Shown here piece by piece: positions 1-6,479 of a stretch of 32,000 nucleotides of DNA (position 1 is the first letter of the stretch; each line of letters begins with the position of its first letter). The notes beneath the pieces are model-generated. The model was not told the origin of the DNA. It made no database searches and saw nothing but the letters and a program-made list of their open reading frames with translations. The position numbers and the translations under genes are program-made. Source of the stretch: Candidatus Saccharimonas aalborgensis. GTDB lineage: Bacteria > Patescibacteriota > Saccharimonadia > Saccharimonadales > Saccharimonadaceae. The stretch is from assembly GCF_000392435.1 (NCBI RefSeq), contig NC_021219.1:1-32000 (forward strand), given 5' to 3'.

Positions 1-294
1 AATCGTTGCCTTGATGCTATTTTGACCACCGTGCGGAACATTATAGCTTGAAGACGCCGTATACGTGCCATCCTTGTAGGACGTAGCAGTCGAGGAATCA
101 CCAGAAGACGTTGTGGCTGTAGTATTAGTCGTTTGAGTGTTGCTCGCTGTGCTCGAATTTGTCGTTGAGACTGAGTTTGTCGCTACATACGACGGACGAT
201 CACCTCCAGACAATAGCGTCACTGCCCCATAACCGGCCGCCGTAATAAGGGCAACTGAGCCAATAACAACAAAAATCTTGTTTTTTGTATCCAT
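1..294 (-). CDS. Partial CDS (C-terminus beyond window edge): membrane-anchored Ser/Thr-rich protein, possible FMN-binding-domain protein
   Basis: Not in the ORF track because it runs off the window. My reverse-strand translation from ATG (294-292) gives MDTKNKIFVVIGSVALITAAGYGAVTLL (TM anchor), an S/T-rich linker, then SYKDGTYTASSSYNVPHGGQNSIKATI. The last part resembles the start of FMN_bind-type domains. Confidence 0.45.
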   Translation of the reverse strand, partial: MDTKNKIFVVIGSVALITAAGYGAVTLLSGGDRPSYVATNSVSTTNSSTASNTQTTNTTATTSSGDSSTATSYKDGTYTASSSYNVPHGGQNSIKATI

Positions 295-379
295 CTGTCG
301 TTAATTACCACCTGGTTGTGTTGTTGGCTGATCTGTCGTCGATGATCGCATCATGCCCCGATACCTACCACCGAAATTG

Positions 380-625
380 CTATCTATCGCCATTGATTTG
401 AGATCGTGACTCCATCATACCGCCGCGACCGTTCCCATACTGTGACTGACCTTGATGACCAATCAGATATCCGAGCAAAATACCAATGAAAAAGAATAGT
501 GCCGTCATTGCGACCGCAATATACATTGTCTTATTTGAGTTAGATGTCACTTCAGTATGGCAATGTTCTGCACAGACATGCGACGCCGTGACTGGCGAAT
601 CTGTTTCTTTGATAACCGTTTTCAT
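380..625 (-). CDS. Small single-pass membrane protein with N-terminal CxxHCH motif and Gly-rich tail
   Basis: 81-aa ORF. Strong SD (AAGGAG) 6 nt upstream of the ATG. Central hydrophobic helix YIAVAMTALFFFIGILLGYLI. HVCAEHCH is a possible metal-binding motif. Co-oriented with the downstream partial gene. Confidence 0.5.
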   Translation of the reverse strand: MKTVIKETDSPVTASHVCAEHCHTEVTSNSNKTMYIAVAMTALFFFIGILLGYLIGHQGQSQYGNGRGGMMESRSQINGDR

Positions 626-682
626 ATATTCTCCTTTTATTGACCTATGTGTTCAGTATCGAAAGAATGTCTTAAACTAACC

Positions 683-1285
683 TTAAAAATGACGTCTTTG
701 CCTGCTGATGTCATTTGTTAGAGACAAGAACCACGCATAGGCATAGACCAGCCCATACATCTCAACTGACAGAAGTGAGATACTATGCGTAAGATGATAG
801 ACCGCCATCAGGAGTCCCGTAGTGAGTACTGCAATGTAGCCGATATAGTGCGTTCGATCAGAAAAAGCGTCTGATATATTTTTCAGAAAGAACATCAGCG
901 AGCAGAGCAACGTAAACTCTCCGTATCCGAAAAAGTCATGAATATGGGGATGTTGGTCATAGGTAAACACAGCAAGCCCGATCCAGCAAAATGCAATAGA
1001 AATAAACCAATTACGGATCAACTCAGCGCCCCTGGGCATATCTATGCCATACATATCCTTTCGAACCAATATACCCATCGTCATCAGACAGATCGCTGCA
1101 ACCACAAGTGAAGCGTTAAATAATGCTGCCGAGAGATGACCATGCTCGCCGAGACGACTTAGGTGAAGCTGGAGCCACAGGGTATCGGGTGCTAGGAGCA
1201 TACCGAGAACTATACCGGTTGTTCCCACCAAAACGAGTGCCGATGCGGCATGAGAACTTCTGTAGTGATGTTCGGGTACTCTCAT
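683..1285 (-). CDS. Multi-pass integral membrane protein, unknown function
   Basis: ORF 683..1351, but the first 22 codons lie inside the upstream terminator hairpin. Likely start is ATG at 1285 (MRVPEHHYRSS...). About 6 hydrophobic helices. TGT-TACAAT box 6 nt upstream of this ATG. Confidence 0.7.
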   Translation of the reverse strand: MRVPEHHYRSSHAASALVLVGTTGIVLGMLLAPDTLWLQLHLSRLGEHGHLSAALFNASLVVAAICLMTMGILVRKDMYGIDMPRGAELIRNWFISIAFCWIGLAVFTYDQHPHIHDFFGYGEFTLLCSLMFFLKNISDAFSDRTHYIGYIAVLTTGLLMAVYHLTHSISLLSVEMYGLVYAYAWFLSLTNDISRQRRHF

Positions 1286-1291
1286 AACTTT

Positions 1292-1300
1292 ATTGTAACA
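1292..1300 (-). promoter_or_regulatory. Extended -10 box (TGtTACAAT) 6 nt upstream of ATG 1285; leaderless-type promoter
   Basis: Reverse complement of 1286-1300 reads TGTTACAATAAAGTT and is followed directly by ATG. No SD in between. Confidence 0.4.
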
Positions 1301-1316
1301 AAAAACTAATTGCCTG

Positions 1317-1351
1317 TTGGGCGTACTCCGTGTATCACGGAGTACGCCCAA
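1317..1351 (-). terminator. Perfect 16-bp hairpin (3-nt loop), probable terminator of the 1364..1669 gene
   Basis: TTGGGCGTACTCCGTG-TAT-CACGGAGTACGCCCAA at 1317-1351. On the minus strand a TTTTTT run follows 11 nt later. The palindrome explains the mirrored MGVLR..RSTPN N-termini of spurious ORFs on both strands. Confidence 0.6.
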
Positions 1352-1363
1352 CTCGACGACCGA

Positions 1364-1669
1364 TCAGGTGAGGCGACCGTTGGAATATCCTCCCCTCAGC
1401 GCCTCCGTTGCCAGCCAGTTGCGCAGGTACAGCGCTGCCCGCAGCATAGCAAGTCGTGCACCGAGGTTCGTCACCTCTTTCGAGGTGAGTGGCCCGTAGG
1501 AGCGCAGCGTGCTGCTCCCCCATCTGGCGATAACCACGATACCTGCGTCATGGAGCGCATTGACGGCTACCCAGCCATGCTGGACAGGCCAGGTGTGCAC
1601 CGGATAAACCGGAACCCCAAGCACTGAGCTCGGCAGTCCTTCGTACAGATCGTCGATGTGACCGCTCAT
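1364..1669 (-). CDS. Hypothetical 101-aa protein encoded in a local high-GC patch
   Basis: GGAGG SD 5 nt upstream of the ATG (tgGGAGGtgaaagATG). Several overlapping ORFs in other frames are typical of high-GC coding DNA. By hand count, 1381-1560 is about 60-65% GC against about 43% for 1681-1740. Confidence 0.55.
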   Translation of the reverse strand: MSGHIDDLYEGLPSSVLGVPVYPVHTWPVQHGWVAVNALHDAGIVVIARWGSSTLRSYGPLTSKEVTNLGARLAMLRAALYLRNWLATEALRGGYSNGRLT

Positions 1670-1782
1670 CTTTCACCTCCCACCAACGGTTGTCGGGATA
1701 GACGGTACAAATATACAGTGTATCTACTGCAAGCTAAAACACAAGCACATGCTTTTTGCATTAAACATGGGCAGAATAGCAA

Positions 1783-2199
1783 CTATTTATTGAGTGCAAA
1801 GGTTTTTATGATGACATCAACATCTTGCATCAGGTCAGGGTGAGCCAGTATTTGCTCACCTGTCATCCACTTGTAATCAACATGCTCTCTTGGTTGAAGA
1901 ACTATTGACGGCCTTTGGTTAACGTGTAGTTCAAAAACTGGGAAAACGACGGTCATATTGGGATACTCGATAGGAAGTTCGCCCAGCCTCCTAAATTGTG
2001 ATACCTCAGACTTTATGCCCGTTTCCTCAAACAACTCTCGAGCGATCGCCTGGTCATCTGTCTCTCCGGCTTCAACTTTTCCTCCAGGTATTCCCCAGAG
2101 TGATGGATCAGTTTCCTTCTTCGTACGGAATAACATCAAAATATCAGCATTATGCCTGACAATACACCCTACAACTCTTAAAACTTTCTTATCGGTCAT
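1783..2199 (-). CDS. NUDIX hydrolase (about 139 aa)
   Basis: NUDIX box GGKVEAGETDDQAIARELFEETGI. The track ORF extends to 2445, but homology begins at MTDKKVLRVVGCIV (ATG 2199), preceded by a GAGGA SD. Confidence 0.85.
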   Translation of the reverse strand: MTDKKVLRVVGCIVRHNADILMLFRTKKETDPSLWGIPGGKVEAGETDDQAIARELFEETGIKSEVSQFRRLGELPIEYPNMTVVFPVFELHVNQRPSIVLQPREHVDYKWMTGEQILAHPDLMQDVDVIIKTFALNK

Positions 2200-2245
2200 A
2201 TACGTATCCTCAATTATGTTGGTTATTGTAGCACATCTATGTTTG

Positions 2246-2788
2246 TTACCCTTTGGGAGCCTGCTTAACGATCTGATGAAGAATGCCCACTCGCTCTGAG
2301 ATCGCCACGTCCGGCATAGTGATTGTCCGGATACCAAGTTCTTTATACAGCTGCGCCAACCGCTGGTGTATTTCCATAGCTTGTTCAATTGTCTCAAAGC
2401 GTTCGCCGTACGTGCCGACAAACTCGCATAGGATAACCGTGTCATAGGCAGCTATCTTTGCACTTTGTGCGGCACGATCCGCAATACCATCCAAGCCAGC
2501 CATCTGAGCATAGACGATGGTATCGGCTACCCCTCGATCAAAGACAGCTATCGAGTCATCAGCAACAGATTGATGCTGACGATGAGCTACCTCTAGGCAT
2601 GCCCCGCAAAACTGTTCAGGATTTGCGATCAATTCATCGACGCTATAGCCCTTTTCGCCATGGTGTTCAGCCAATACGACGGACGCCGGCTCAGGAAAGG
2701 CGACAACTGTCGGATCAAAACGAGCATATGCCTCAAGCAGAGAGGTCTTGCCCGTATGCGGCCCACCGGTGAGGACTATCTTCGTCAT
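2246..2788 (-). CDS. P-loop ATPase, AAA_28/NadR-kinase-like family
   Basis: Walker A GGPHTGKTS at the N-terminus. 180-aa size and overall pattern fit small AAA_28 nucleoside/nucleotide kinase-like ATPases. Confidence 0.7.
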   Translation of the reverse strand: MTKIVLTGGPHTGKTSLLEAYARFDPTVVAFPEPASVVLAEHHGEKGYSVDELIANPEQFCGACLEVAHRQHQSVADDSIAVFDRGVADTIVYAQMAGLDGIADRAAQSAKIAAYDTVILCEFVGTYGERFETIEQAMEIHQRLAQLYKELGIRTITMPDVAISERVGILHQIVKQAPKG

Positions 2789-2797
2789 AGTTTACCT

Positions 2798-2806
2798 GTT
2801 ATATCA
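2798..2806 (-). promoter_or_regulatory. Extended -10 (TGaTATAAC) 9 nt upstream of ATG 2788
   Basis: Reverse complement of 2789-2806 reads TGATATAACAGGTAAACT, then ATG. Lies in the AT-rich divergent intergenic region 2789-2915. Confidence 0.4.
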
Positions 2807-2844
2807 CTTTTACTAGCTTTTGTATAATATTTGCTTAATAACGC

Positions 2845-2873
2845 TTGAATTTTGTTGATGTTTGTGATATAAT
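2845..2873 (+). promoter_or_regulatory. Sigma70-type promoter for the formyltransferase/ThyX-like operon
   Basis: TTGAAT (2845-2850), 17-nt spacer, TATAAT (2868-2873) with a TG extension (TGATATAAT). GGAGG SD at 2901-2905 and GTG start at 2916. Confidence 0.55.
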
Positions 2874-2915
2874 AATTATCATTAGAACATAACCTGCTGC
2901 GGAGGCAAAAGTTAC

Positions 2916-3640
2916 GTGACGGAATTAACTCAAAAAGTGATCGATACTTTCCAGACTCGACCAAACGTTGCTGTTTTGATGAGCCTGGGTGGGTCAAATG
3001 CCGAGCGTCTCTCGGTGACCCTGACATTCGTAAGTTATATGATATATCTACCGTGGTATCCGATCAACCGAGCTCAAGAGGAGCTGAGGTCGCCGGTGAG
3101 CACGGACTTGACTATCTACTACGTCCTGTCGATCGATTTCGCACACCGGACGAGCGAGAAGCCTACTTCGATGCACTCTGCGCTGAATTAGGCGAACGCG
3201 GTGTGACGGCGTGTTTTTATGCTGGTTTTATGAAGATTTCAAAAGGTAAATTTGTTCGTGAGCTGCCAGGTATCAACGCACACCCGGCCGATTTAACCGT
3301 TACCGATGAAAGTGGTGTTCCGCTTTTTAGGGGGATGGATGCAATAAGCGCGATGCGCGCAGGCACCGACGGCATGATAGGTGCATCAACACACGTCGTC
3401 GCTGACAAAGTCGACACTGGTGCAACGTTTATTCGGTCGCTTCCCATTCACGCCCCCGCTAATATGACTGACGAGGCCTGTCATCAGCGCATCAAACAAG
3501 CTGAGCACCAGATCTATCCGCTGACACTGCGCATGCTTGGAAAAGGGTTAATTGACATAAGCCGCATGCCATATACATTTGATGAAGCAACGGGAATACT
3601 AACTGACGCATCAGGAAAGGTAGTTGACTATGACAAGTAA
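2916..3640 (+). pseudogene. PurN-family formyltransferase, reading frame broken near 3009-3017 (frameshift, possibly an assembly error)
   Basis: N-terminal piece (ORF 2916..3191) has NVAVLMSLGGSNAERL, matching the PurN VLISGxGSNLxA loop. The rest (frame of ORF 3053..3640) continues as DPDIRKLYDISTVVSDQ... and carries GINAHPADL (PurN NIHPSLLP: catalytic N and H), THVVADKVDTGA (catalytic D region) and EHQIYPL. The switch needs a -1 shift inside cgTCTCTCggtg. Confidence 0.7.
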
Positions 3641-4403
3641 GGTTGAGGTGATCGGCTCTACACCAACACTCGATATTGCAGACTTTTTCGAGGCGATAGC
3701 TCGTGAACCGCGGGCAAACAAACTTGGCGCTGCACTGGGGTTTGCTGGCTGCGCAAGCTGGGATGATGAAGGACGATATATCTGTGGGCCAAGCGTAAGC
3801 TTGGTAGGAATCGGCGGTGTACCGATTAGCCCAGAATTACTCGCGTTGTATCAGGATGGTGGCCGAAACATGATGGCGGCTTCGGCCGGAATGTCGTACC
3901 TCAATAGTGGCAACAAGCCTCTTGACGCCCTGTATCCATCTGTCATTGCCCGTGGTCATCACTCCATCGCACATACAACCACAGCCAATCTGCTTGTTGC
4001 TGGCGTTTCGAGTGGTGTCGAAAATGAATTTAATTCTCAGCGCGACGTCGTGCATCTCAGCCGTGTCACCAATGCTCGCACCGGCATCCAAGATCGGCCA
4101 CCAATTGTCGTGCCTTCCGCTGATCTGTTACCAATCACGCGCCATATCGTTGAAGCAACAGACGATGCACTTGCTACACTGCCAGCATCGACATCACTTG
4201 ACGAGAGAGAGGAACGTAATCTGCTCTATCCCTCAGCCAAAGCAACGCTTTTTTTGGCAACAGCGAGTCTGAGAAACTTCCAAAAACTAGTTGCTCAGGC
4301 GCATGATGATGGCAAAGAAAAAGAATACCAAACCGCACTCAGTGCAATCAACGACTGCTTATCATCACTATGGCCAGAGTTATTTACCCAGGAGGAACGC
4401 TAA
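3630..4403 (+). CDS. ThyX-like (flavin-dependent thymidylate synthase fold) protein with degenerate signature motif
   Basis: GHHSIAHTTTANLLVAGVSSGVENEFNSQRDVVHLSRVTNAR aligns by eye to ThyX GHESxxEH...FRHRxxSxxxxSxRY. The C-terminal LYPSAKATLFLATASLRNFQKLVAQ matches the ThyX helix pattern. AGGAAAGG SD 9 nt before ATG 3630 (TTG 3624 is less likely). Overlaps the upstream stop by 11 nt. Confidence 0.55.
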   Translation: MTSKVEVIGSTPTLDIADFFEAIAREPRANKLGAALGFAGCASWDDEGRYICGPSVSLVGIGGVPISPELLALYQDGGRNMMAASAGMSYLNSGNKPLDALYPSVIARGHHSIAHTTTANLLVAGVSSGVENEFNSQRDVVHLSRVTNARTGIQDRPPIVVPSADLLPITRHIVEATDDALATLPASTSLDEREERNLLYPSAKATLFLATASLRNFQKLVAQAHDDGKEKEYQTALSAINDCLSSLWPELFTQEER

Positions 4404-4404
4404 A

Positions 4405-5856
4405 GTGGTGCGACGGCTCGAGATTCACTCTACCTCACCAGATCACGGCGAGCGAGCCGCCGGCATCAAAGATACGCTTCGTCGTCACTTTGGTGTCTAC
4501 GGTGTCAAGCTAGCGTCGATCTATGATGCACCAGAGGAGGGAGTCTTCCTGTGGGATGGCGAGAGACACACGCCAGCAAGTGATACCGATCTCGCGGATT
4601 ATATCACCGAAACGCAGCGTCTTGAGGCCCCGGATCAAAGCTGTCGTGAAGATGCAGCCCTCCTCGATCGCTACTTCGATGACCAAGGACGTCTTGATAT
4701 ATATCGAAACCCCCTAGATTGGGTTTCCAGCAATCCTATGATTGCCGCATTGATCGAGAAAGATCCGCGCATCAATAATGTCCTAGCTTTTCTGTGCGAA
4801 CAGCGTGGATTGTTCCTAAAACCACCTCAGTATCGATTGCAGGGGAACTACTGGAACTCACCGTCAAATGGCGGTCTTCCTATTGTCCGCAAGAAAGACC
4901 CCATTCATGAGGGTACATTTATGCTTCACGACCTCTATCACCTGTTGATACAGGATCCGCTGCCGTATGATACCACTCAGGCAACACACGGACGGGCAAA
5001 CTTCCTCCATCACCGCATGGCTTCAGAGGCGACAACGATGGTGATGGCGGATATGCAGGGAGTGCACGTTGCCGAGCTTCGCGAACAAGGCTATGACACT
5101 TCAAAGCGACGGATTTATCCTGTGTTTGAAGCAATTTTAGAACACGCACCATCTGCCACTATTACCGATGTATTGTCAGCGAATATCGACTTCTGTTTGA
5201 CTGGTTCGACGCGTGCCTACGAGGCACTCGGTGTTCCCCCCGAGGTGCTGGCAACGTTCTGTGAGAAATACGACACGTTCTTTAGTGCTGATTATGATTG
5301 GAACGCTCATAATTTCGATGCTGTTGCACAAACTGTCGAACGTGATGCCGCACAGCATGAGTATTTCCAGCTCGCACGTGAACTGTATGGCCTACCCATG
5401 ATTGATGACCTATACGGTGAAATGGAAGCCAAGGATGTGATATTGGAGCGGTTTGCCGATCAGATCCAGGAAGCTTATAGCTACACTCCTCACAATGATG
5501 AGGTGTCACGAATGAAAGAAGTAGCGAAACGATACTTTGGGGGACAACTGGCTCTCTTTTATCAAGATACGTTCCGTCAATATCGTGACTCGCCTCTGTT
5601 TGAGATATACCTATCGACTTCACGTCTGTTGCTAGAGGCAGCTAGTCCTGAGGCTATCAGAGAATATACCGAGGCGCTCAACGATATCATTAGCACACTC
5701 CTCGATCAGCAGCGAACTGCGGGGGCTATTGACTCACAGCAATACGAACTCTATCGAATGCACGTACCACTGTATCCTGCATACTTTATCAATTATCAGC
5801 AAGAGCAGGGCCAGATCATTCCGCTCCGAGAACGCATTTCTGGTATGCAGCTATAG
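4405..5856 (+). CDS. Hypothetical 483-aa protein (HDLYH motif), translationally coupled to the ThyX-like gene
   Basis: The track ORF starts at 4291 inside the upstream gene. GTG 4405 lies 1 nt after the upstream TAA and 8 nt after GGAGGA (4391-4396). I recognise no family. Contains FMLHDLYHLL (HDxxH). Confidence 0.7.
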   Translation: MVRRLEIHSTSPDHGERAAGIKDTLRRHFGVYGVKLASIYDAPEEGVFLWDGERHTPASDTDLADYITETQRLEAPDQSCREDAALLDRYFDDQGRLDIYRNPLDWVSSNPMIAALIEKDPRINNVLAFLCEQRGLFLKPPQYRLQGNYWNSPSNGGLPIVRKKDPIHEGTFMLHDLYHLLIQDPLPYDTTQATHGRANFLHHRMASEATTMVMADMQGVHVAELREQGYDTSKRRIYPVFEAILEHAPSATITDVLSANIDFCLTGSTRAYEALGVPPEVLATFCEKYDTFFSADYDWNAHNFDAVAQTVERDAAQHEYFQLARELYGLPMIDDLYGEMEAKDVILERFADQIQEAYSYTPHNDEVSRMKEVAKRYFGGQLALFYQDTFRQYRDSPLFEIYLSTSRLLLEAASPEAIREYTEALNDIISTLLDQQRTAGAIDSQQYELYRMHVPLYPAYFINYQQEQGQIIPLRERISGMQL

Positions 5857-5876
5857 CTCACTATCTTTTAGCGTAG

Positions 5877-6437
5877 TTAACGACCAAGATATTCGACAAT
5901 ATCGGTTACTGTACGATCAAGTTGTCCAATGCGATTGATAACTACCTGATCAAATTGAGGCATCAAGCTAAGATCGGTTGGCTCAACTGCCAGTCGGGCG
6001 GCTATCTCATCCTCAGGTACACCGTGTTGTCTCATCTGTATAGCAATGTCAGACCAGGCAGCCGGTAAGAGTAGTGTTGTGCGGACAAATCCGGCACCTC
6101 TCGCACGCAGTTGTTCACGTAATTGAAGGGCTGTATGGGTTGCAACGTTGAATGTTCTGTCGTCACCTTCATCGAGTGCTTGCTCAAGAACTTTTAGAGG
6201 CGTCCCATATATTCCTGACGGAGTTTCTAACACGTCAAACATCGGCGTAGAAGCAGCTAGTTCACCAAACTCACTTTTAGATACAAAGTGATAGTCGATG
6301 CCATCACGCTCTCCTGATCGGGGAGGACGTGTTGCAAACGGAACGATAGGCATAATGCCATGATCATCCCGAAGTTTCTCGATAACTGTTGTTTTGCCAA
6401 TACCGCGGGGTCCAGAAAGAGTTACTATTCTTCCCAT
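5877..6437 (-). CDS. Guanylate kinase family protein
   Basis: P-loop GPRGIGKTT; ATRPPRSGERDGIDYHFVSKSEF matches Gmk TTRxPRxGExDGxDYxFV; IYGT matches YYGT. 186 aa. Confidence 0.8.
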   Translation of the reverse strand: MGRIVTLSGPRGIGKTTVIEKLRDDHGIMPIVPFATRPPRSGERDGIDYHFVSKSEFGELAASTPMFDVLETPSGIYGTPLKVLEQALDEGDDRTFNVATHTALQLREQLRARGAGFVRTTLLLPAAWSDIAIQMRQHGVPEDEIAARLAVEPTDLSLMPQFDQVVINRIGQLDRTVTDIVEYLGR

Positions 6438-6446
6438 ATAGTATAT

Positions 6447-6475
6447 ATTATACTACTTTAGTGTTTTTCTGTCAA
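6447..6475 (-). promoter_or_regulatory. Consensus sigma70 promoter TTGACA-N17-TATAAT, 9 nt upstream of ATG 6437
   Basis: Reverse complement reads TTGACA (6475-6470), GAAAAACACTAAAGTAG (17 nt), TATAAT (6452-6447), ATATACTAT, ATG. No SD. Confidence 0.65.
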
Positions 6476-6479
6476 TATT

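Noticed and set aside
1310-1627. Plus-strand ORFs 1310..1627 and 1317..1499, and minus-strand ORF 1335..1523, in the high-GC patch
   Set aside because: Multiple open frames are expected in about 60% GC DNA. Their starts lie inside the 1317-1351 palindrome, hence the mirrored MGVLR...RSTPN peptides. Only the 1364..1669 minus ORF has a proper SD.
2200-2445. N-terminal extensions in the ORF track for NUDIX (to 2445), clpP (to 27735), pilin (to 29829), hisS (to 31272), the membrane protein (to 1351) and cassette A (to 13936)
   Set aside because: The extensions overlap neighbouring genes, terminators or promoters and add residues not found in the respective families. Internal starts give canonical N-termini.
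2785-3027. 80-aa minus-strand ORF across the AT-rich divergent promoter region
   Set aside because: It overlaps two promoters and the start of the formyltransferase gene. It has a low-complexity AT-rich translation and no SD.
4291-4404. Upstream ATG start (521-aa version) of the unknown protein
   Set aside because: It would overlap the ThyX-like gene by 113 nt and add a Lys/Met-rich junk N-terminus. GTG 4405 has an ideal GGAGGA SD and abuts the upstream stop.
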